NCBI GenBank assembly: GCA_030141605.1 | Contig: JAQGDQ010000011.1 | Coordinates: forward strand, 926,066-990,065 | Length of the DNA stretch: 64,000 bases | DNA from: Tubiluchus corallicola | Taxonomy: Eukaryota > Animalia > Priapulida | Reading direction: 5' to 3' | Shown here: one piece after another, positions 1 to 16,130 of the stretch | How positions within the stretch are numbered: the stretch's first letter is position 1 | Layout of the letters: every line of letters starts with the position of its first letter | Notes under the pieces: generated by a model | The model's input: only the letters and a program-made list of their open reading frames with translations | Told to the model about the DNA's origin: nothing | Database searches by the model: none | Translations under genes and position numbers: made by a program

Positions 1-81
1 ATATCGTTGTTATGGTCATCATCATCATAATTTTCATCGTCCTCATTGTTGTTGTAGGCGCCGTGATTATCATCATCATCA

Positions 82-114
<33 letters not shown>

Positions 115-867
115 ACGTCAATACTGTTGCAAAAGGACAATGTATTTGTTCAGTGACTGATTTTTTCGCATTTGAAGTTGCTTAGTCATGCTGCAGTTGC
201 TACACAAATATAACTATTGCTTGTAACTGCAACATAAACTTGTTTACAAATGTTGCTTAGGAAACAGCTCAAAATATTCTGTGTAAGATCACTCTAATAA
301 AAGTGTAATTAAGATAGAGTGTAAAAGCACTCAGGTCTATAAACAAACTAAACAAAATTTGATAACGTAAAGTATATATGCCTGTTCACTTTCAGCAACC
401 TTTACTGTTCCTTATTTTCCTGCCTGGCAACCCCTGTAATCTAATCATTGTACTTATTGCATTAATTTACCACATCCGCGTTTCTATTAATTCTCTTATT
501 ACCTGAATAAATCTCCTCTGAGAGGCTTTTAAATAGGAATTTCCTATTTTTACTCGAGCAGTATTTTTCGTTTAACGTTTAATAATATAAAGCTATGAAA
601 TTATGTACATCTAATCTTAATTCTAAAATATACAGTTTTAAAAATTTTTGAATCAAAAAGATATCCAGGTCAATTAATTAAGTTAAAAAAATTTTCATCT
701 TAGTTCAACTGATCTATAAGGTTAAAAAACTGAATTAAACAAAAAACACGAAGGCAAATCCAATAGGTGAGCACAAGTGAGCACTCAGCAATGTTAAATT
801 CATAGATTTCAAACCTGCAAATGTGATTATTCTTAAATTTAGATAAGATGAGTTGAGATCAATTTAT

Positions 868-1124
868 AGACAAGATGACATAGACTAGTGTTAACGCGTC
901 CTGTTTTCCGCCTTGGAGGTCGTGAGTTCGATACTGCGGCCGGTAAAACCAATGACTTTAGAAATGGTACCGGCTGTTGCCTGCCTGCCTGGCGTGTGAT
1001 ATTTAGGGCAAAAGCGGGGTAGTGTTAGTCCCTGTTATGTAGATATAGAATTATTACTAACAGTCGGCAAAAAACTGTTTGAGCTTGTGTTAATTGTTAG
1101 CCAAAAAAGCCGACTTTAAATAAT
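868..1124 (+). mobile_element. tRNA-derived SINE, uninterrupted copy (central domain resembles the MetaSINE 'Meta' domain)
   Basis: A-box-like TAGACTAGTGT (881-891) and B-box-like GAGTTCGATAC (924-934), then ACCAATGACTTTAGAAATGGTACC...TGCCTGGCGTGTGATATTTA...ACAGTCGGCAAAAAACTGTTTGAGCTTGTGTTAATTGTT...CCGACTTTAAATAA. Aligns by eye along its whole length with the split copy at 27116-27023 plus 23222-23051. The Meta assignment is from recalled consensus and needs checking. Confidence 0.8.
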
Positions 1125-1346
1125 GTGTGAAACTAACGCAGCAAAAACATTTATTTTACACTGTTTCTGAAATGCATAGGTTACACTGTTGCTGAAGTGT
1201 TATATGACCTATAATATGAGTTATATTCCTAGGAATTTTATGAAATGTCTGAATTTTACACATTGAATGTAACATACATATAAATTAATAAATAAGTAAA
1301 ATTAAACTGTTAATTTTCAAATAACTTGTAAGCAAAAGTGTAGTAC

Positions 1347-4300
1347 CTTTGTATGCCATTTCTTCAATGGTTTTATTGAAAGCTAAAGCGATCGCCCATA
1401 TAGCATCGTATGCAAGAGCTATTCTGTCCCAGACAAGAGGTTTTGTGTTATTAGTTATCTCGAAAAATTGCTACCGAAAAAATGAACTATGTGTTAAAAG
1501 AATAGCACTGTACAATAAAATTTAATAATATCTAACCTTAGTATAAATTAGGGTCCTCACAGCATTACAAGATTCACTATAAACCCCGAGAACCATACAA
1601 AAATTTTGGAAATTTTGCAACGCTTAAACAATTTTCTTTATGCGAACAGTAATTATGACATTTTTATAATTTCTATTTATCCCATGAAAATTCACACCAA
1701 TTTTTTAAAACACTTTTACCATTTTACTTTTTTGTGTTTTTATATTTTAAGACATTTCTTTTCTATGTTTATTAAAAACCAACGATGATAAAAATAATAG
1801 TGGCGACAATGAGAGTGACAATGACAGTGACAGTGGCAGTAACAGTAACAGCCTAAATAACAATGAAAAGGACAATGTCAAAAAACAAATGTAACATTAA
1901 CAATGGTAATAAGTTAACATTATTATCTTCTTTATTTTCGTCTTACCTTTATCTTTAAAAAAGTAAAAAAAACTTCTTTTATTCTGCAACACCTGACAGC
2001 CTACCTTGAAGAGCTGATCAGGCCTAAATCCAGACACTCCTATTCTGTTTTCAGAATCAGCAAATATGTTTCCCAGAGAAAAATATCCATCAGCAGCTAA
2101 GAGGATTTGTTCTGGTGCACAGTCCACTTCTTCGTCTTCTATAGCCCACCAGTTTGCTGAGAACCAGCTGGGTAGTATCCACACGTACTGTGGTCCATAA
2201 AGCTCCACTTTATAGGCCTGAAAACATCAAGTTGTTTAATGGCTGACAAAAATAAACAGAGAACTTGACAAAAGTGCTGAAACAGCAGAACAGTGATGAC
2301 AATAAAAAGCACGAACAGAATTTTTGTGAAACTACTTCTAGAGAGCAATTAACTACTTCCATACCGTAGTGCATTGGACCACTGCAACAATGACAGTAAC
2401 AGGGTAGAGGGTAGCAATGACGAATAATTTCATTATAATGATGACTGGGTAAAGATTAAGGCCAAGATTAATGTTAAAAGAAACCGGATCCTATCTTAAA
2501 CTATATCCCACAACAATCTAATGTATTAAATATTGAAAGGGGACATGCTATTTTTCATGAATGACTTACGTAAAAGAATTATTGTCACGGAAATATAATT
2601 TCGCGTTCGCTCCACTAGTTCTTCACTCTTACATGTATTTCGGCATTCGCTAATTAGGTGGGTACTAACGCCTGCATCTATAAAAATGCGTTGCACGAAG
2701 AACAGGTGCTGTACCTCTTAGTTCAGATATGTTCAAAAGGGACGTAGCGGCTTGAGTACAGCGGTAAACTTGAAATTTGAATTTTAAACTTAAATCTTTT
2801 GTATGTCGTACTGAATATCGTATAATGACACTGTACTTCAATTTTTACTTGCAAACACGTGAAATACGCTCGTGGAATATTTGTGCTATTGAAAATAATG
2901 TCATCACTGGTTGGGTTCGCCCCAGTTCGCCCCTGTCGTTAATTAAGTTTTTAACCTACTATTTAATTATCAGAAATTTCTTAGGCATTATTCTAATGTT
3001 TCTTTTTTACCTAGGTGATCACTATTTTGGGTAAGAAATAGATATTTTAGATAGTTTTGTACACTGTACACGTTTTATACACTATTACTGCTCATGCAAC
3101 CTCTACATGTATATCCTATAAGACAGTATTTAAGTGGCACAAAATTCCAAGACGATTTTTAGCTTTATGAAAGTAAACTATTTTATTGTTCTTTAACGTG
3201 GAACCTAAATCTCTTCCATAATATGATGATTTATAGCAGTGAATTTGCAAAATCGTCACTGCAAGTTGATACCTACACTGCAAAACACTTTCCGAGCTGC
3301 ATTTTCGTAAAACCTTCCAAAAATAATTCGAGCGTCGTGTGTCTATTAAAATAAAAGAAAAGTTACTAGTGTTACAAATACTTGTACAATACTGCAAAAG
3401 TAGACTGAGCAAACACCAACACCAACAGCATAATCATTCTTCTACAATAGCTTCTCAGTAATGAACTTCAAGAATTTTTAGCACGGAGATAAAAACGTGC
3501 ATCATACCTTCAGATTGCGGACAAAGTCGGTTGGATCGTCCTGAAACACCTGAGCAGTGACGACACTGATGTTGCTTTCCTGCAGAGCTTTTGCAAATGT
3601 TGTACCCATCTATAAAAACAGTGATCATCATCGTCGTGTCGGGATCATAACCATCGTCATCATCATCATCGTCATCATCGTCGTCGTCGTCGTCGTCGTC
3701 GTCATAACCAGTATTACTACTACTATCGTTGCTGTCATCATCATAATAACCATCGTCACCATTATCAGCATTATCCTCACCATTATCATGATTATTACCA
3801 TTATCATAATTATGGTCACCATCGTCATCATCATCATCGTCGTCGTCATTGTCATCATCGCCGTCGTTATTATCATCATCATCATAATAATAATTATTAT
3901 CGTTATCATCATTGTCGCCGCCGCCTCAATTTACTTACCTCGGAGAAGTAATCATAACTTTGGTAAATCATTCCAACTCGATTCCATCCCAGCATCCTAA
4001 GAAATTCAATTCTGGTAGGTATGAAGTTAACGGCTGAAGCAGTCAGTCGAAAAAAACGAGGAAATTTTCGCTTGTTTGACAAGGACGGTGATCCATTTCC
4101 AATTCCAAACTAAAGCAAGATGAAACTTGTATACACATATAGAGCACCCCTGTTAGTCACGGGGTTTTTATTTGTCTGATAATTTATTCGCTCGTTCGTT
4201 TGCGATTCACTCCAAAAGCAGCGCAGATTCCCTACTTGTCATAGAACTGCAACTGCAAAGGATGAATACTTTTTGCGTGTCTTTGAGAAATTTGCGCTTG

Positions 4301-4696
4301 CAGCAAAAGACTTAGCGCATTAAGACATTCAATTGCTTACCTGAACAAGATTCCACAGGTGTGAACTCTGAGCTGTGGCTTCACTCACAATAGAACATGA
4401 ATCTCCCAGAACTATGTGTTTCACGGGGGCTTCATAAAGCAGCCGGTACATTTTGTCAACGCCTATTCCTGGATTACACTAAAAATGTAATAGTGAAAAG
4501 TAATGTACACTTATTCATTTAATTGGTTTTATACATCAGTGTGTGATGTCGTCCTATATTTGTAAATGTGTATATTTTGTTTTTTTATAAGTGCTTTAAT
4601 TGTACTTTTGTGAGAATATATGTTACGTAAATGACTGTAACAATTTGCACTATTATATTCAAATATTTATTTATTTATTATTCATTCACTTCATTT

Positions 4697-4789
<93 letters not shown>

Positions 4790-4794
4790 CACAC

Positions 4795-4827
<33 letters not shown>

Positions 4828-5091
4828 GGAAATGTAATAATTTTATCTTACCTTTGAATCAGACCAGTGTAAAGTCATATGATACTCTGGCAGAATATCA
4901 GACCGATTATTAACATGGTCTAAAGCCATATTCACTGCAATTAAATACGTGTTCCCGCCTGGCCATGGACCAGACATGGGAAACAAACCAAGAAGATGTA
5001 ATTCTTTTGGCTTCCTGAGCTCGCCTTCGCGATACAGCCACCACAAGACATTGAGGACAAGAGTGACTCGTTCGTTCTGGAAGACCTTCAT
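1347..5091 (-). CDS. GABA-B receptor-like class C GPCR, N-terminal Venus-flytrap (ANF receptor) domain; partial
   Basis: Frame-consistent GT-AG exons 5091-4852 (MKVF...LLGLFPMSGPWPGG...MALDHVNNRSDILPEYHMTLHWSDSK), 4478-4341 (CNPGIG...LGDSCSIVSEATAQSSHLWNLVQ), 4109-3939 (SPSLSNKRKFPRFFRL...GWNRVG), 3609-3508 (FQDDPTDFVRNLK), 3342-3277 (DARIIFGRFYENAARKVFCS), 2217-2005 (AYKVELYGPQYVWILPSW...C), 1470-1347 (LAYDAIWAIALAFNKT). These motifs are characteristic of GABA-B R1/R2-type ectodomains. No 7TM exons were found in the window. Confidence 0.92.
2530..3000 (+). repeat. Dispersed interspersed repeat family C (copies in opposite orientation at ~9000-9420, ~49840-50030, ~52310-52740)
   Basis: Shared blocks such as GCATGAA(C/T)TCTC(A/G)AAC(A/G)TGTGCGCTACGTCACAACTGAACAC and AAATTGAAGTACAGTGCTACT; boundaries are approximate. 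Confidence 0.7.
3625..3915. repeat. Degenerate (ATC/GTC/ATT)n trinucleotide microsatellite in a GPCR intron
   Basis: Direct reading; it produces the spurious Ile/Val- and Met/Thr-rich ORFs. Confidence 0.9.
4699..4825. repeat. (CA)n/(CACG)n compound microsatellite
   Basis: Direct reading. Confidence 0.95.
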
Positions 5092-5128
5092 CGTTCTGAC
5101 GTGTTGAGAATTTCTTACAAATTTTCAA

Positions 5129-5268
5129 GCGTTTGACGGTGAGGATGCGATGCGTTTGATGGTGAGGATGCGATGCGTTTGACGGTGAGGATGCGATGCG
5201 TTTGATGGTGAGGATGTGATGCGTTTGATGGTGAGGATGCGATGCGTTTGACGGTGAGGATGCGATGC
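5129..5268. repeat. 23-bp minisatellite, ~6 copies, just upstream of the GPCR start codon
   Basis: Unit GTTTGA(C/T)GGTGAGGATGCGATGC repeated head to tail. Confidence 0.92.
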
Positions 5269-5519
5269 AAGCGCTTTACATTTACCTGCGCGAGTGCTTC
5301 AAATTGTATACTGTTCACGCAATTTTTCTGCGCACAGCAAGAAAATCATATCATCGCGATACTACCATGACATTATCTTGGTTTTTTATCAATCCCGCCA
5401 AATTGTGTGGGAAAGCAATTACTCATCGTTCTAGAAATTACAAAAACCTGCAATTAAGGTCATAAAGTTTGACCATTTTAATGGACTCTACTCAACTCTC
5501 TGCTGCGTTACCTATTTTT

Positions 5520-6495
5520 TTTAAAAAAACTGGGATTTCTAAATATTTATATTCAGGTAAGTTTACAAATATCGGTGGCGTAGAAAACATGTTCCTAAGT
5601 TTAGACTACAATAATATTAGAACCAAGCGCCCTACAAAGTTGAAATTTCACAACATAATATTAAATACAATGCATTGCGTTTTGGCTGTGAAAATTACGA
5701 GTTTATAAAATTACAATAGTTTTTAAGTTATGGCCGAACAGCTTTTGCATTTTAAATTTTTAAGTGCACGCCCAGACTACGAAAATTGTCAGCTAATCAC
5801 TAATTGAAGAACAGACACATTGACTTATAAAACACTCAATACATGCAGCAAAACAATAAACAAATCAACCAGTTTACATCATGACCTTCGCTACAGAAAA
5901 TAAAGCATTGGTAGAGATTTGTTGCCAAGAAATAAATCTGGAATTCATTAATTTAAACAGTAGGCACATCGGCCGCACTGAGCCGTTTGATGCAGAAGAA
6001 CTAAAGGCAAAAATTATTGTGTGCGTACAGTGCTTTATACGACAACGTGGCTGTTTTTCAGTTGACGATTAGCTGACATTTTTCAGGCATTTAATTTTTT
6101 AACATGCAAAAGCTCTTGGGTCATAACTTGAAAACTATTAAACCTGTAAACTTGTACCTTTCATAGTCAAAACGCAATGCATCGTATTTGCTATCAAGCT
6201 GTGAAATTTCAACTTTGTAGGGCGCTTGCTTGTAGGATCATTGTAGTCTAAACATAGGAAAAAAATTTCTGTGTCACCCGATTTTTGTAAACTTGCCTGC
6301 ATATAAATACTTAGAAACCCCAATTTTTTTTTCAAAATACCGTGGGACCAAATAAACCTTAAAGAAGTGAGAAACTGTCAGCCGATGAAAAAAACACCTT
6401 CACCTACTTTGCAGTGAAAATGATGGACTCATAGAGCACTTGCTGTAAATTTTAACAATAGTGGCACGAAATATTTTCCGGCATTTATTTCCGGC
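5520..6495 (+). mobile_element. Decayed Tc1/mariner-type element: ~270-bp inverted repeats around an internally deleted transposase remnant
   Basis: ~5520-5795 and ~6065-6335 are diverged reverse complements (both translate to LDYN..KRPTKLKFH...NTMHCVL). The core 5881-6020 encodes MTFATENKALVEICCQE..FDAEELKAKI. 6343-6448 encodes WDQINLKEVRNC...CSENDGLIEHLL*, a typical Tc1/mariner C-terminus. Matches 46270-46580. Confidence 0.65.
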
Positions 6496-6714
6496 GCCAC
6501 TTGATGCATCGATAAACTGCGTCGTTCGTTATTCTCAAAGAACTTTGCGCAAAATCAGGTACCATTCTTAAATTTAAAAATTACATGCTTAAAACTTCTG
6601 TGACATAATATAAAAACTTTGTTTTTGTTATGTTTTTACGTAATCATAATTGTTCCAGATGGCGCGCTTTTGATGTACATAAAATTTGAAAACAAGAATT
6701 TTGAGCATTACCGA

Positions 6715-7210
6715 CAAACAAGTCACTCAGTAAATCGAGTTTATTTTACTGTTATCACTTAAACTTAGAAAAATATAACAAACAAAAATTGCAAATAACT
6801 GCCTATAAAGCATAAATTTAAAATATACTACATCTGAATAGAAATTTTCAGACATGGTGGTTGTCACCATTCACTTGAGAATCATGACGTAACTGAGAGA
6901 CTTCGTGACTTTTCGTAACAGCGTCGTGGCTTTCCGTAAGCGCGCGCTGCTTAAACTAATTCATACTTGTGCAGCTTACCTAATGTTCACGCAAAAATAT
7001 TACAAAATTAGCTATCTTTTTTGTAAAAACTTATTATACTTTTGGTGAAGATGGACAGTGCGCTAGCGCTTGATTGACAGTGATCGCGACTTTAAAGTGA
7101 TTATACTAGTTACACGAGGTGCTTATATCAGTTTTCAGTATTAAATCCTTCTTTCGCGAACATTGATATAAGCTTAACCTCCTAGAAGGCTTGGCCTTTC
7201 CTTTAAAGAC
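6715..7210 (+). repeat. Dispersed interspersed repeat family A (copies at ~13000-13330, ~49780-49840, reverse at ~60480-60990)
   Basis: Shared TTATTTTACTGTTATCAC(T/C)TAAACTT and GCAGCTTACCTAATGTTC blocks; boundaries are approximate. Confidence 0.7.
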
Positions 7211-7429
7211 AGTTTATAAATGAATTAACGATTCAATTTTATTCTTCAACTTCCTGTCTCTAGACAACTGCTGTAAAAATCGTGAAATAATCAAGCTTAC
7301 GGATGATGACACGCACTGGAGCACTTCCGCAAGTATGTCCAATTAGAAGTCACAAATTAGAGTCTGCATTGTGTTTGAAGAATAAAGAAACATTAATAAA
7401 GGACAAAAACACTTTTCTGCAAAGTTATT

Positions 7430-7880
7430 AAAGGACAAGACATAAATAAAGCTTAAAAAATTCGTCTTGAAATTTTGTATCGTTTACTTGCCGTCTTATT
7501 GCATACAGAGCTTGCATTAGCGGTATCGCTGCATAAAACTTGTAAATTTAAAATTCCGCGATGACCGTTAGGCACAGCCATTTTAACGGTAATTCGTTTG
7601 AAATAAGTTTAGATAATATTACGTAAAGTTTCAGAAAATAATCAGAGCATTTGTAGCATACACTTCGTTAACTGTGTAAAAGCATACATTATTTTGTATT
7701 GTCAATAGATCAATAATACGTTTTTGATGAGTCAGTGACGCATACTGGGAAGATGAGTCAGTGAATCGTTTTACCAGTTGGCACGAACATTTTAAACTAC
7801 TGTGCTAACAATTTTTTTCTAGCTAAACAAGACTTTCAAACAGGTAAGCGTAATGCTATGTTATATATAACTTTGGTATG
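7430..7880 (+). repeat. Dispersed interspersed repeat family B (copies at ~19010-19320, ~45700-46010, reverse at ~62440-62760)
   Basis: Shared GC(A/G)CAGCCATTTTAAC(G/A)GTAA and AATAAAGCTTAAAA..CGTCTTGAAATTTT blocks; boundaries are approximate. Confidence 0.7.
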
Positions 7881-10536
7881 CTTTAAAATTCCCCTTTCTT
7901 GCCCCTTACAGAGTATATCACAGCACGTGCAAAAATGGACAGCTGTTAAAAAATTTTACGTAATAATTTACTGTTAATTTAACCCTCAGGGCATCGTATA
8001 TATAACTTTGATCTAGAGCTGCCCAAAGATAGGTAGAGCTTCAACTGTGCGTCTTGTTCTTGTGAAATCAATTAGAATCACCACTGGGTCGCCCAACCTG
8101 CCACTCAGTTCAAAAGCCAAAAAGTGAAAGTGAACTTTTAATTTAGTTTGAAACTTTTGTACATTTGTTTGTTTGTCTGTGTGTTTGATTGGTCTAATAC
8201 TGGTTCGTTCACAATTTTCAGTGCTTGCTACCTCAGTTAATTAGACGTTAAGCTAATATATCGCAAGCGCCGAGTCCAAAGGCTGCCAACGCCGGGATAT
8301 ATATCTTACATGTTATTTGTTTGTATTGTTGCATGTCACCTGTACTGTCGCTAAATAGCCCTTAGTGCTAATGTTATCTAGTAAACACGCGACGGTAAAC
8401 GAATGTTGCTTTTGTCTTTGTCTGCGTGTATGTGTGCAAAGCTTTAGGACAATATGTGCACAAATAAACTTTCGTGACTACTAATCTTCTGTGATAGACT
8501 ATTGTGAACTGTAAAAGTCAAAGTAGCAAGTCATGTCAAACTTCAAAATAACACTGAATCTGCTTATGTAATAAATGAGGGACGCCGCTAAACACGTTCA
8601 TCCAATTACCTTTGTGTCCTCCATGCTGGCAGCTGAGCAGTTTTCCAAAATTATTTATTGACGTAATTATATCGTAATTGTCCTGCAGAACTCTCTATCG
8701 AGATTAAGATGTCTGAAGCTGTGAGACACTGGCATTAACAATAGCTCCATTATACAGCATTTGTAAAAATGTAATGATATTTTTTTTTATAATAAAATCA
8801 TGAACAGTATCACGGGTCTTTGTAAAATTCTTCTGTTAGCCCACAACTTCTAATTCAGCAACAGTTTTTCAAAAAAGCTTTTAAGCTTCACAGCAAACAC
8901 GTTGGCAAGGTAAAAAGTTTGTTAATTTTTTCCATTACGTGTGTTCGAGTCGCGAAACCCAACATTTTTGTTCCGACCTGTCGTTAAGCGTTAAGTTTAT
9001 TACCGCTATATTTATTATTTTTAAAGTTAAAGGAAAACAATTCCACTGTTACACGTGGTTGTGAAAGCGGAAATTGAAGTACAGTGCTACTCAATAACAT
9101 TCAGTGCGATATACAAAAACTCGACGAATTTAAAATTTAAAATTTAAACTTCAACTTTGTAGCTTTGCTGACGCATGAATTCTCGAACATGTGCGCTACG
9201 TCACAACTGAACACTTCTGAAAAGAAAGCTGTGGTAGCCGTTTTTATGTAACGCTTTTCCGAGATGCAGGCACTAGTACCCATCTAACTAGTGAATGGCG
9301 AAATTCATGTAACAGCGAGAGTTAGCAACGCGAATGCGAAATTACGTTTCTGTGGAATCAATTCTTTCTTGTAAGTCATTCTTGAAAAAAATAACATGTT
9401 CCCTTTTCTCTAATTTCCTTTAGGGGCTTCGTTCTTTATACATTCGATTGTTTTCAGCTATACTACAATATTGGTACTGTTTCCTTTAAGTATTTTAAAA
9501 GAACGAGAAATTTGTTAGATATGTCTTTGTTTAGAACAAGAAAACAATAAATTGTTTTAGTGATGTAAATAAATTCTTCTTGAAATTTTTATTTAAAGTA
9601 AGCCGTGTGGTTTATAAATTCTGGCTTCCCCCAGTTAAAATCAGTCGCTAGATTTCTTAATGGCTTCCAACATTATTAATACCGTATAATCCGCTTATAA
9701 CAAGTTTCCTGTGACCATCAAAATTTGCTCGCTATAACCGAGTCTCTTTACAGCGGAGGTGACTTGTTTAATGTGGTTAAGTGTGTGTACAAGATAGGAA
9801 TGAAGACCATTCGGCGAATATGATGTAATAACTTTCAAATTTGCTTGTAATAACCAGAGGCTCGTTATAACAGGGCATGTTACAGGTGGATTATACTGTA
9901 GCAAATATCATTCCAATTAAGTTTTTTCACTAATCACTACATTCTTTGCAAAACTTACATCCACTTGCAATCACATATTAATTTAATCTACGTCCAAACC
10001 GACGCTTATCTGGCCACTTTAAAATACATGCTGGCACTTCTCTGCTCGGTGCATCAATCCCAGAATGCCCCAGAATGTTCAATCAGCCTACACATTCTCC
10101 AGCTTCGTTTTGCCACCAAAAGTATTTTACGGAAAACATATTTTTGATAAAGACATAAAAAATGCATATCCCTTATTTTGTAGTTTTAAAATTTTTACGC
10201 TGTTTAAATGTCCCACCGTGTTTTTCCTCGGCCTAAAAATTCATGATAACAATTTCACAAAAACCTGTTCATTCAACGTCGCATGACTTCTTTCCGCTGC
10301 TGTATAATAATCGTTAGCCCAGAGTAACCTTGTTCATAATTTTCAACTTGTGGAACGATCAGAAACAACAACTGGCAAATGTCAATTAACGCATCAAATT
10401 AAATCACCGAAAAGTCGCCCTCTGACGGCTGAGGATGTCACTAATTTTACAATCCACAGAGCTTTAAGTTTCTTCGAAATCTCTACAGCACCATGAGCGT
10501 TGTAGATTGAGCGCAAAATGGTTGTAACTAGGTCAC

Positions 10537-14838
<4,302 letters not shown>

Positions 14839-15884
14839 GTTGATGATTTTTGCCTCGAGGCAAACAAACAATTAGCACGTTCTCAAGAACAAAAATAGCT
14901 GAATAGCGGCGAAACCACACACAATAGCAAACAGCAAAAAAATCAACTTTCCAAATATTTACAATATTATCATGATCACAGTCTTTGCAGAATCCTTAGA
15001 CGTTCAAAAATTCTCAAAATTAATTTCCTGGTTTCACTGTACGATCTGTTAAATAGCAAGAGAAACCACTACTCTTGCCCAGGTGCAAACAGTATTGCTG
15101 TGTTGGACTCTAAACACAAGTTTCCTATTAATAATATCGATTTCTCAGATTATTTTTTCATTGATCGTATGCGTAATGCAATTTGGTTAATTTACATAGC
15201 GCATGGCACTCAGCTTGCAATTGAAGTTCATTGATTGGACCTTAATTGCAAATGACACGCCAGGATCGAACTAAAAGGCGAGTTTAGGCTATTGTTTACA
15301 ATTCCCAACACACAAGAAATTAGTTCGTGAAGCGGATTAGGGTTAGGGTTAGGGGTAGGGTTCGGGCATTTAAATTGTATGGGGAATTGTAAACTCCTTC
15401 CCGAGTTTAATATTAACTTTGCTCGCAAATTTGAATGTATTGCAACAATCGAGACCGGGTCTCTTTTTTAACTTTTGACCTGCTCGAAAATAATGTTTGT
15501 AGTAACACATAACATGACATAACATAACATAACAATAACACAACACAACACAACACTACACAACACAACATAATATAGCATACATAACATAAATTATATT
15601 ATTCTATTTTCAAGGTCTCTGAGTAAACAATTCGCCAAAACAAGAAAATCATCTAGAAATATCTAGCAAATAGATCTAGAAAATCAAAACATAATTTTCT
15701 CTAAAACTCGATGGACTTCAATAAGCGATCATATTGTTCTGAACGCTAAAACTAACTGTCGTTGGCCATCAAGTTGGGGATAAAAATAAACGTCTACTTG
15801 GTTGCTTTGTAGACCTAAAGAAGACCTACTACATTAAGACCACATGCGGAAAAATATGGTAGAACTTCATTTTCAAAGCTTAAA

Positions 15885-16130
15885 ATGTTCTTCATTGTTA
15901 AGATCAGGCTGCAAAGCTTTCAAGCACACGTTAGGATTACCTATAATAATGCCATTAGAGTAGTCTTTAATCTTCCTAGTCGCTGTAGCGTACGCCAAAT
16001 GTATGTTAGCTACAATGCACCTAGTTTTTCCTGCATACGTAGGAAAGTTGTGTTTCAGAAGCAGGCTGTTTTTGAGGCAGTAATTTGCGGTACAATTTTT
16101 AGATCGAATATTTTAAGTCGTTGCACAGAA
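15885..16130 (+). pseudogene. Decayed LINE (L2/CR1-group) ORF2 C-terminal fragment
   Basis: RITYNNAIRVVFNLPSRCSVRQMYVSYNAPSFSCIRRK resembles the post-RT segment of CR1/L2-group LINEs. Confidence 0.55.

Noticed and set aside
480-850. Next GPCR exon left of 1347
   Set aside because: Candidate splice sites exist, but their translations do not resemble the expected GABA-B continuation.
868-945. Functional tRNA gene (also 27040-27116 and 31560-31645)
   Set aside because: Only A/B-box-like motifs are present with no complete cloverleaf, and the sequence continues into a SINE body.
5129-5268. CRISPR-like array (also considered for 19920-20105)
   Set aside because: The units are head to tail with no unique spacers, there are no cas genes, and the context is eukaryotic.
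15337-15362. Telomere-like (TTAGGG)n
   Set aside because: Only 3-4 imperfect interstitial units, typical of subrepeats within dispersed elements.
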